Origin: an uncultured Erysipelotrichaceae bacterium
GTDB lineage: Bacteria; Bacillota_I; Bacilli_A; Erysipelotrichales; Erysipelotrichaceae
DNA: 32,000 nt
Direction: 5' to 3'
Assembly: GCA_942493105.1 (NCBI GenBank)
Contig: OW818668.1
Span: forward strand, 960,001-992,000
Shown: positions 1 to 7,670 of the stretch, one piece after another
How the letters are laid out: the number at the start of each line of letters is the position of its first letter
How positions within the stretch are numbered: the stretch's first letter is position 1
Translations under genes and position numbers: made by a program
Notes under the pieces: generated by a model
Seen by the model: only the letters and a program-made list of their open reading frames with translations
Told to the model about the DNA's origin: nothing
Databases searched by the model: none

Positions 1-2
1 AT

Positions 3-1385
3 TTGAATTCTGGACTCCAAAATCATAATTATTACCAAAAGGATACTTATGAGAAAATATTTCGTGATTTATGGAAACATCTAAAGAAAGAGCATCTTGC
101 GGTTTTTGATATTCAACAAATTGAAAACTCTGATCTATTCAAATATTCACCATATAAGTCATTAACAACAGATCAATATTTTACAGTAGACCTAATTCTG
201 GATGATTTAGCAAGAAACTTTGATCAGAAAACCACAACAATTGTCAATGGTGGAGCTGGAACTGGGAAGACAGTTTTAGCAGTTTATCTCATTAAGTTGT
301 TAAAAACTTATGATAATGTGTCACAGATCTTTGATGATGAGTTTGAAGAAGATTATGTTAAAAACATTGTTGAAATTCTTAGACAGAAACAAAACCTCAA
401 AATTGCACTTGTCGTACCGATGACATCACTTAGGAAGACACTGAAGAAAGTGTTTAGGGGTGTAAAGGGCTTATCGGCCAGTATGGTTATTGGACCAAAT
501 GATGTGTCTAGAGACGATTATGATATTTTGATCGTTGATGAAGCTCATCGACTAAGAAGAAGACTTAATATTACAAATTACGCAGCTTTCGATAAAATCA
601 ATGCTGAATTAGGGTTTGGAAACGAAGGAACAGAACTAGATTGGATTATGGCTAAAAGTAAACACCAGATTTTGTTTTATGATTCAGCTCAAACAATTCG
701 ACCAGCAGATATTAGGGAAAGTCAGTTTAGTAATTTGTATAACCAAAATGATCTGTTTAAACAGTACGATCTGACTTCTCAGATGAGAAGTATGGGTGGG
801 CAAGATTATATTAATTACGTTAAGCAAATGTTTGCTTGTAACCCTAATCTGCAGAGAATTGTATTTGAAAATTATGAATTCAGAATCTTTGATAATGTAA
901 AAGATATGTATGACGAAATCAAAAAGAAAGATAGCGAAGTTGGATTATCTAGAATGGTTGCTGGATATGGTTGGGAATGGATTTCAAAAGGTAAATCATT
1001 AGAGTCAATTGTGAACAATGATCTATTCGATATCAGAATTCAAGGTCAGAAGTTTATTTGGAATACCACCAATAAAGACTGGGTTAACTCAAAAAATGCA
1101 TTAAATGAAATTGGGTGTATTCATACTACTCAGGGATATGATTTGAACTATGTTGGTATTATCATAGGAAATGAACTTACTTTTGATCCAATAGCGAATC
1201 AAATGGTGATAGATAAAGAACACTACTATGATCGAAATGGATTGACTAACATCGAAAACTATCAAGAATTGAAAGATTACATACTAAATATCTATTCAAC
1301 TCTATTCCTTCGCGGAATAAAGGGGACATATGTTTATGTTTGTCACAAAGATTTGAGGGAGTATTTAAGGAAATTCCTTGGATAA
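3..1385 (+). CDS. DUF2075-type P-loop NTPase (Schlafen-group-III/helicase-like); 5' end runs off the window
   Basis: ORF is open to the window edge. Walker A NGGAGTGKT and Walker B ILIVDEAHRL. Later motifs FYDSAQTIRP, HTTQGYDLNYVGIIIG and RGIKGTYVYV are typical of DUF2075 proteins (recognised by eye, no HMM run). Confidence 0.8.
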   Translation: MNSGLQNHNYYQKDTYEKIFRDLWKHLKKEHLAVFDIQQIENSDLFKYSPYKSLTTDQYFTVDLILDDLARNFDQKTTTIVNGGAGTGKTVLAVYLIKLLKTYDNVSQIFDDEFEEDYVKNIVEILRQKQNLKIALVVPMTSLRKTLKKVFRGVKGLSASMVIGPNDVSRDDYDILIVDEAHRLRRRLNITNYAAFDKINAELGFGNEGTELDWIMAKSKHQILFYDSAQTIRPADIRESQFSNLYNQNDLFKQYDLTSQMRSMGGQDYINYVKQMFACNPNLQRIVFENYEFRIFDNVKDMYDEIKKKDSEVGLSRMVAGYGWEWISKGKSLESIVNNDLFDIRIQGQKFIWNTTNKDWVNSKNALNEIGCIHTTQGYDLNYVGIIIGNELTFDPIANQMVIDKEHYYDRNGLTNIENYQELKDYILNIYSTLFLRGIKGTYVYVCHKDLREYLRKFLG

Positions 1386-1793
1386 ATGTTTGAAAGGTTA
1401 AATATGGAAACAATCAAAGTAGTGGCTGCCTTAATTAAGGATGCAGATAAATATCTCATTGGATTAAGGTCAACTGGTAAGTACAAAGGATTTTGGGAAT
1501 TCCCTGGGGGAAAAATTGAGGAGAATGAAGAACTCGAAGATGCATTAATGCGTGAGATTTATGAAGAGTTTGAAATCAATATAAGTATAGAAAAACTTCT
1601 TTTCAAAATCGAATACACTTATCCAGAGTTTATTCTTGAGATGTATTGTTTCTTGACTACCTCTTTAGACAAAGAATTTGTATTAAATGACCATAGTGAA
1701 ACAATGTGGTTTGACCCTAAAAACGATATCGAGATCAATTGGTTACCAGCGGATCTCAAAATTGTTGAATTATTGAAATGTGCTAATTTTTAG
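1386..1793 (+). CDS. NUDIX hydrolase, MutT/NudG-like (d)NTP pyrophosphohydrolase family
   Basis: Nudix box GGKIEENEELEDALMREIYEEFEI (GX5EX7REUXEEXGU). The ATG immediately follows the DUF2075 stop codon (1383-1385). An alternative start is the Met at 1404. Confidence 0.85.
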   Translation: MFERLNMETIKVVAALIKDADKYLIGLRSTGKYKGFWEFPGGKIEENEELEDALMREIYEEFEINISIEKLLFKIEYTYPEFILEMYCFLTTSLDKEFVLNDHSETMWFDPKNDIEINWLPADLKIVELLKCANF

Positions 1794-1980
1794 TGTTTCC
1801 AATATTAGTTGTTAATTCTGAATACAAATTCTGAGGAATTTCGTTTTCGAATTTCAAAATAATCGTAATAGGTCGGTTGCTTTTTTTATCATAATCAACC
1901 GTATTTGCTTTTCCCAAATATATAGGGTTCTGAAGTTCCATCAATTTTCTTGAACTTGCGGACAAAAATATGTAGTACAT
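1783..1980 (-). pseudogene. Out-of-frame 3' segment carrying the missing C-terminal end of the DUF3427 domain (not an independent gene)
   Basis: This frame reads ...NPIYLGKANTVDYDKKSNRPITIILKFENEIPQNLYSEL. That continues the ...GTSEPYIF end of the 909-aa ORF across the TATATATTT tract at ~1913-1927. Confidence 0.6.
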
Positions 1981-4624
1981 AGCCGTTATCTAAATTGAAT
2001 AAAATGTTTTTCCCTACTTTCGATTCTTGAGTTGTGTTATTTGGAGTCTGCCATTGAAGAGTGTTTTGGTTTAAAATTTTATCTTTATAGTTGATTGCTT
2101 CTCTAATGTCAGCATCTTTATTTAGGTCTATGAATAATAAATAGTTTTTCTCGTGTCTTAATAACCCTTGACCTCTAAAGGATGAGAACTTTTTCTCCAA
2201 ATTACAGAGTGGTGCTGTATCTGCCATTGTGTATGTTTCGTAAAGTTTGAAGAAAGGCACTACATACTCGAACTCGCCGAACTCACGTTGATATCTAAAA
2301 AGACCATATTTTATGACATCTTCAAAATACATTTTATTATAATCTGTGGTTACTTCACTCCATTGGTTTGACATTGAGACCATATTATTGTCAAGTACTA
2401 TAGGAGCTATGTATTTTCTGTACTTATCATCATCAAGAAATTTCCCCAATAGATTATTAATTGAGTGAGTTATTGAATTAATTGTAATCCCATTATACTT
2501 TGAAGAAATTTCAAGACTGATTTTCTCAAGTGATACAGTTCTATTTCGAAAGACCATCTCAAGAATAGTAAATTCTAAAGGTCTTCTTAGTGGTAAATTC
2601 GCTGAAAATTGTCTAATTAATTCTATGAAAAGAGGAGACCAATCGTTTTGATTCAATTTATCGCTTTCCATTCGAATCAAGAATTCAAGATAGCTCTTAG
2701 AGTATTTAATGAATCTAACAGGATCAGGACTTCCTTCATATAGCTCGTATTCCATTAAGAAGTATGGAATATTTTGTTTATTCATAGACTTGAAGCCGAA
2801 ATAGTTGTCTTTAAGGTATCTTAGTGATCTAAAATTCTCGTTTTGTAATTGGGAAATGATCTCATTTTTAGATATCTCATCCATTTGCACAAATGAATCT
2901 CCAGGAACCTCTCTGAACCCTTCTTTTACAGAGATCATTAGACTTTCTTTATCATAAAAGCGCTGTCCCTTAAGAGCAATAGCCATCATGAAGCTTTTTT
3001 TATAATTTCCAATAAAGTCGATGACCGTAACAAATTCTTTATCTGGTGTTTTTCTTAAACCACGTCCTAATTGTTGAATAAATATTATCGGAGAATTAGT
3101 TGGTCGTAGCATAAGTACCATATTGACTGATGGTATATCTATGCCCTCATTAAATACATCCCGCGTGAAAATAACTTCGACTGTTCCAACCTCATCTGAT
3201 TCCAATTCTTTTACATACTTTTCACGTGCTGGTACACTATCTGCGCCAGATAGAAAGACGCTTCTTATTCCTCGTTGATTAAAGGCGCTCATCATAAATT
3301 CAGCATGCTCAACACTTGCACAAAAACCCAAACATTTTAGTTTGTTACCTGTATGACCATACAATTTAATCTGTTTAACAATATAATCAACTCGGCTTTG
3401 AATGCTTAGTCTTCTTGTCAATTCGTCAATATCATTGTCGTCTAAATCAGAAAGTTTAATTCCATCAGCTTCTCGTATACCGAAATAATGAAACGGACAA
3501 ACTAATTCTTCCTCAATGGCTTCATATAGGCGAATTTCAAGAGCTATGTTATTTCTAAAAAAACTAAACAAACCATATCCATCAGTTCTTTCTGGTGTGG
3601 CAGTCATTCCCAGTATAAATTTGGGTTTAAAATATTCAATTACTTTTTGATATCCAGGAGCAAGAGCATGGTGTGTTTCATCAATCACCATATAATCAAA
3701 TTCTTGAGGACTAAAATCAAGATAATGTGTATACATGCTTTGAATTGTTGAAAACAAATATTTCGCATTTGTGTCCTTCTTAGTACCGCTTAATATTCCG
3801 CATTCAATTCCTGCACCTAAGACTCTTTTGTATGATTCAACAGCTTTATTAAGAATGTCCTCTCTATGAACCAAGAAGAGCACTCTATTTGGTTTAAATT
3901 GATGGATGTCAAAGGCAGACATATATGTTTTTCCGGTAGCTGTTGCAGCAATTACTAAACCACGATCTTCTCCTCGAGTTCTTAATTTGTGAAGATTAGC
4001 AATTGCTCTACTCTGCATTGAATTGGGTCTAACTGTTTCCTCAATAAACAGGAATTTCTCTTCTTGTTTATGTGCTTCCTTTAAAGTATTTATGAATGCT
4101 TCATATTGATCAAGGAATGCATTATCAATTGTCCTAGTCTTATTCCATAAATCGTTAAACTGACTATAAACATCGACAACAAATGGATGATCTTTTTTTG
4201 ATATTACCTTGACATTCCACTCGACGTTTTTTAGAAGGGCTTTCTCAGTAATATTGGATGAACCAATATAAAGAGTAATGTTTTCATCACTTTCGAAAAT
4301 ATATGCTTTTGTATGGAATCCACCAAATTCCTTCTGTAAATAGATCTTGGTTTCTATATTTGTAAATTCTTGAAGTTTTCGTAATGCCGCTGGGTCAGTA
4401 AAATTTAGGTAATCAGATGTAAGCACCTTTCCATATATATTTCTATCTTGGACATTCCGAATTTCACGTAGTAAAAGCTGTAAACCGCCAAAATTTATAA
4501 AAGCAACGCTGAAAATAAAACTTGAACAATTTTTAAGGCTAAAACAAATTTCGTCATACATACTAGAAATATCATTGTTTGAAATTAGTTCGATCCCGCT
4601 ATTGCTTAATGTAGGCTTTCCCAA
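1895..4624 (-). CDS. PLD-family nuclease / DExH superfamily-2 helicase / DUF3427 fusion protein; C-terminus apparently interrupted by a frameshift
   Basis: N-terminal single HKD-type motif HTKAYIF...GSSNIT. Helicase motifs AATATGKT (I), VIDETHHA (II), MTATPER (III) and QQLGRGLR (VI). The C-terminal region has the DUF3427-like pattern (LQWQTPNN...HIFVRKFKK...EPYIF) and ends prematurely at 1895. Confidence 0.85.
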   Translation of the reverse strand: MGKPTLSNSGIELISNNDISSMYDEICFSLKNCSSFIFSVAFINFGGLQLLLREIRNVQDRNIYGKVLTSDYLNFTDPAALRKLQEFTNIETKIYLQKEFGGFHTKAYIFESDENITLYIGSSNITEKALLKNVEWNVKVISKKDHPFVVDVYSQFNDLWNKTRTIDNAFLDQYEAFINTLKEAHKQEEKFLFIEETVRPNSMQSRAIANLHKLRTRGEDRGLVIAATATGKTYMSAFDIHQFKPNRVLFLVHREDILNKAVESYKRVLGAGIECGILSGTKKDTNAKYLFSTIQSMYTHYLDFSPQEFDYMVIDETHHALAPGYQKVIEYFKPKFILGMTATPERTDGYGLFSFFRNNIALEIRLYEAIEEELVCPFHYFGIREADGIKLSDLDDNDIDELTRRLSIQSRVDYIVKQIKLYGHTGNKLKCLGFCASVEHAEFMMSAFNQRGIRSVFLSGADSVPAREKYVKELESDEVGTVEVIFTRDVFNEGIDIPSVNMVLMLRPTNSPIIFIQQLGRGLRKTPDKEFVTVIDFIGNYKKSFMMAIALKGQRFYDKESLMISVKEGFREVPGDSFVQMDEISKNEIISQLQNENFRSLRYLKDNYFGFKSMNKQNIPYFLMEYELYEGSPDPVRFIKYSKSYLEFLIRMESDKLNQNDWSPLFIELIRQFSANLPLRRPLEFTILEMVFRNRTVSLEKISLEISSKYNGITINSITHSINNLLGKFLDDDKYRKYIAPIVLDNNMVSMSNQWSEVTTDYNKMYFEDVIKYGLFRYQREFGEFEYVVPFFKLYETYTMADTAPLCNLEKKFSSFRGQGLLRHEKNYLLFIDLNKDADIREAINYKDKILNQNTLQWQTPNNTTQESKVGKNILFNLDNGYVLHIFVRKFKKIDGTSEPYIFGKSKYG

Positions 4625-4857
4625 TTTGATTTCCTCGTAGTTTAATTATAACTTAATTGATCACATCATAATAAACAAATATATTATAGATCCTATTTTA
4701 AATCCTTTGGGAGTGTTAAGAATCATGCGTAAATTGATTTAGCTTTCTACGTGATCTTGAGTTTAAAAAGTTGACTTAATGTGTTTTCTGCTTTCGTGAA
4801 TCCTATGTGGATCCAGTTCAAAAATTTATGATACCAATCGATGAATAAACTGCAAAC

Positions 4858-5095
4858 GAAGTATTAGGACGAGGCTTCTTTTGGGAACTGCTCATATATT
4901 TTGGTTTGATGTTTCAGTTGTTTATGGAGACATCCAATCTAGTTGGTGGTGTACAGGTTTTCAGGATTGGCTGAGGGAAGTCGTAGAAGCAGGTCAAACT
5001 AAGATTGTCCTCTAATGCTTTGATCGCTTTAAGATAATGAGCTCGGTATTTGTTTTTGAAGGTCTCGAGATGAGATAAAGTAATTTCATTCGTTT
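4858..5095 (-). pseudogene. IS256-family (Mutator-type) transposase remnant, C-terminal part only, with in-frame stops
   Basis: The minus-strand translation is ...LSHLETFKNKYRAHYLKAIKALEDNLSLTCFYDFPQPILKTCTPPTRLDVSINN*NIKPKYMSSSQKKPRPN. It follows the IS256 Tnp pattern F..KY...YPK...SLE.N....FYDFP..I.K.IYTTN.IE..N...KR..K...FP.E. No intact ORF and no inverted repeats were identified. Confidence 0.6.
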
Positions 5096-5272
5096 CAGAT
5101 TGACAGATATCTTTGAGAACATCTCATCGATATTTCAACTTTGAAAAGTGCGCTCATTAATTCTATGTTAAAATTAGACATGGAAAATGCTATTTAAAAA
5201 GAAAATATGTGCAATATGTGCATAATAAACGATAAATAGTTTAAGACAAATGCATAATTTGTCTATTAAATA

Positions 5273-5301
5273 TTGACTTTACTAAGAACAAAATGTAATT
5301 T
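5273..5301 (+). promoter_or_regulatory. Possible sigma-A promoter of the four-gene operon
   Basis: TTGACT at 5273-5278, a 17-nt spacer ending in TG, then TAATTT at 5296-5301. The -10 element is weak. A small hairpin AGAAC/GTTCT (5308-5321) abuts the RBS GGGAGG. Confidence 0.3.
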
Positions 5302-5332
5302 AAGATTAGAACAATAGTTCTTGGGAGGAAAT

Positions 5333-5719
5333 ATGGGGTCAAGTGGTAGAGGCGAATTTGGAAATTATAAAGTAGATCGAAAAAGTGGTGGAGTCGGTAG
5401 TGGAAATAATGACACAACTATTGATATACAGTGTCCTGAATCAATTGAGAACATCCTACTTGAAGATATCAGTACTTGTGAATACTTCAAAACACTAAAT
5501 GGGTTGCCTTATGTAGGTCAAGATGTTTATATCAATTCTTTAATCATTGATGGAAGAATTGCTGTGGTCGATACAGCATCAACAAAAGTCATTGGGAATG
5601 TTCCGACTCGATATAATTACTTAATTGAGTGTATTTCTTCTATAAACTACATTGGTACAATTGAGATATCAGGTTTAATACCAATCCCGCATATAGTCGT
5701 AGAAATTCATGCAAAATAA
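5333..5719 (+). CDS. Small hypothetical protein with a Gly/Ser-rich disordered N-terminus (MGSSGRGEFGNY...GGVGSGNN) and a beta-rich C-terminal half; no recognisable family
   Basis: First gene of the operon. The strong RBS GGGAGG lies 4 nt upstream of the ATG at 5333; the track's TTG at 5321 is an alternative start, and both give Gly at position 2. Its stop overlaps the start of the next gene by 11 nt. Confidence 0.65.
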   Translation: MGSSGRGEFGNYKVDRKSGGVGSGNNDTTIDIQCPESIENILLEDISTCEYFKTLNGLPYVGQDVYINSLIIDGRIAVVDTASTKVIGNVPTRYNYLIECISSINYIGTIEISGLIPIPHIVVEIHAK

Positions 5720-7031
5720 AAAATGTCTTATAATTGGAGACGTTTTTATAGATGTTCATCTTGATGACATACAAGATGAATCTCCTATTATCCGACTTGG
5801 GGGGATTTTCCATGCTATACGGGCATTTTCAGCTATGGAGGAAAATTTTGGACATCTATATTTTGCACCAAGTTACTTAGTAGATGATATTGAACATTTC
5901 TCGAAGGAACTATCATCACAATATTCGAAATCAATTGGGGAGGTAATTAACTCACCGAATTTGATGTTAGTAAGTGACTCAAAGGAAGCTTCTTTACAGG
6001 GTTATCTCGATTTGCTAAAGTCGAAGAAAGAGATTAGTTATTCAGATAAAATTGAATTGAATATCCAAGAGTATTGCCCTACAGACGTTCTACTGTTTCC
6101 GGGGAAATATGATGTTAAAAGAATTCTTCAGTTGTTGGCAAAGCAAGATTGTAAAATACATATCGATATCCAGTATGATTTTGATCTTGATGATTTTTTT
6201 GAAGGACAAGAAATCGAAACTGTTTTTGTTTCCACATCGTCAAAGCATATACAGAGAATTGAAAATAAATCAACAATGGAGCTTATAGAAAAACTTTCCC
6301 ACTATTCCATAAAAACATTAGTTATAAAAGAAAATCGTGGAGGATCATTGATTTATGATTATGAAACTCAAAAAATATATAATATACCCGCATTTATCTC
6401 ATCGACAATACACTCAGTTGGTGTAGGAGATGTTTATAATGTAGTATATTTATGTATGTCGAAAGTGTATTCAACAATAAATGCTTCAAAATGTGCATCT
6501 TATGCGGCTTCTTTATACGCTCAGACATATGACTACATTGGTTTTAAGAATAGAATGAAATTCCTTTTGGGGAATGTAGATAAGATCTCAAGTCTAAATG
6601 GAGTTCGAGTATCTTGGGACTCAAGACCGACTATTAATGTTTATATTGCTGCGCCAGATTTCCCAACAGTTGATACAAGAATTATTGATGAAGTCCAATC
6701 TTCTTTAAAGTATCACAATTTTAGCCCACGATTACCAATAAGGGAGAATGGATTGTATCTTGACAGTATGTCAAAAAAGGAAGAGTTGACACTTTTCTAC
6801 AAGGATATTGAGCTACTAAGCAGATGCGATTTGTTAATTGCAATTATTCTGATTAATGATCCTGGAACATATGTTGAGCTTGGTATTTTTAAACAAATGG
6901 GGAAACCTACAATCGTTTATGATCCTTTTGGAATATGTCAAAACATGTTTGCAAAGAACACAGCCGACTATTTTTGTACAAATCTTTCTGAGGTTGTAGA
7001 TGCAACATTTGTTGCCATGAGAGGAACATGA
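5709..7031 (+). CDS. Fusion protein: N-terminal PfkB/ribokinase-family kinase domain + C-terminal nucleoside 2-deoxyribosyltransferase-like (NDT/PF05014-like) domain
   Basis: PfkB signatures: IIGDVFIDVHL...RLGGIFHAIRAFSAM at the N-terminus and IHSVGVGDVYNVVYL (DTxGAGDxF-type). The NDT-like half has VYIAAPDFP and INDPGTYVELGIFKQMGKPTIVYDP (D.GT..E.G....GKP motif with Asp and Glu retained). Confidence 0.75.
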   Translation: MQNKKCLIIGDVFIDVHLDDIQDESPIIRLGGIFHAIRAFSAMEENFGHLYFAPSYLVDDIEHFSKELSSQYSKSIGEVINSPNLMLVSDSKEASLQGYLDLLKSKKEISYSDKIELNIQEYCPTDVLLFPGKYDVKRILQLLAKQDCKIHIDIQYDFDLDDFFEGQEIETVFVSTSSKHIQRIENKSTMELIEKLSHYSIKTLVIKENRGGSLIYDYETQKIYNIPAFISSTIHSVGVGDVYNVVYLCMSKVYSTINASKCASYAASLYAQTYDYIGFKNRMKFLLGNVDKISSLNGVRVSWDSRPTINVYIAAPDFPTVDTRIIDEVQSSLKYHNFSPRLPIRENGLYLDSMSKKEELTLFYKDIELLSRCDLLIAIILINDPGTYVELGIFKQMGKPTIVYDPFGICQNMFAKNTADYFCTNLSEVVDATFVAMRGT

Positions 7032-7032
7032 A

Positions 7033-7659
7033 ATGAAGTATGATGCATTAATCTTGGCTTCTGGTGGGATGGATTCTACAGTCCTTTTGTATCAATTGAG
7101 AAATGAAATGAAAAATCCAATTATTTTATTCCTTGATTATGGACAACACTGTAGAGATACTGAGTATAATACCCTAAAATTAGTTATTCCTGAAGAGTTT
7201 AAAGAGAACATTAGGCTAGTTAATATTAAAGATATCTACAGAGAATCTAGCTCAGTTATGATTCACGAAACTGATTTGTGGAAAAATGATGTAAAAGCTG
7301 ATGACATGTATCTTCCATATAGGAATCTGCTATTTCTTTCTATAGGATCCGCATATGCTCAATCTTTAGGAATAAAAAATGTATATTCTGCTTTTATAAA
7401 TAGCAATCATGCTAAAGAAATTGATTGTTCTGTGGAGTTTTTTTCGCGTCTTGAGGAATTGCTTTCAGAATACGGCTCAGTGAAAATAATAACACCATTT
7501 CGCGAACTTACAAAGACAGATGTTGCTAGATTAGGACTCGAACTTAATGCTCCTATTTCGTTAACATATTCGTGTCAAATTAATTCCAAAAATCCATGTG
7601 GAGCATGTCCAAACTGCGTTGATAGGCTACAGGCAATAAAAAACCTGATTCAAGATTGA
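7033..7659 (+). CDS. QueC-like PP-loop ATPase (7-cyano-7-deazaguanine synthase family), orphan copy
   Basis: N-terminal PP-loop ILASGGMDSTV. C-terminal Zn-cysteine cluster SCQINSKNPCGACPNCVDRL as in QueC. The ~208-aa length fits the family. It starts 1 nt after the upstream stop. Confidence 0.8.
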   Translation: MKYDALILASGGMDSTVLLYQLRNEMKNPIILFLDYGQHCRDTEYNTLKLVIPEEFKENIRLVNIKDIYRESSSVMIHETDLWKNDVKADDMYLPYRNLLFLSIGSAYAQSLGIKNVYSAFINSNHAKEIDCSVEFFSRLEELLSEYGSVKIITPFRELTKTDVARLGLELNAPISLTYSCQINSKNPCGACPNCVDRLQAIKNLIQD

Positions 7660-7670
7660 AGGATGATTTT

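Noticed and set aside
1783-1980. Independent 65-aa gene on the minus strand
   Set aside because: Its conserved-looking part continues the DUF3427 C-terminus of the 909-aa ORF in another frame, and its own N-terminal part overlaps that ORF. It is better explained as the frameshifted tail of the same gene.
5160-5332. preQ1 riboswitch or other known riboswitch upstream of the QueC-like operon
   Set aside because: Only a 5-bp hairpin (AGAAC/GTTCT, 5308-5321) next to the RBS is present. There is no A-rich tail or pseudoknot pattern resembling preQ1-I, -II or -III.
7033-7659. Housekeeping queC of the queuosine pathway
   Set aside because: No queD, queE, queF or folE are adjacent and I found no preQ1 riboswitch. 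The gene is translationally coupled to non-queuosine genes inside an AT-rich island. This cannot be fully excluded without the rest of the genome.
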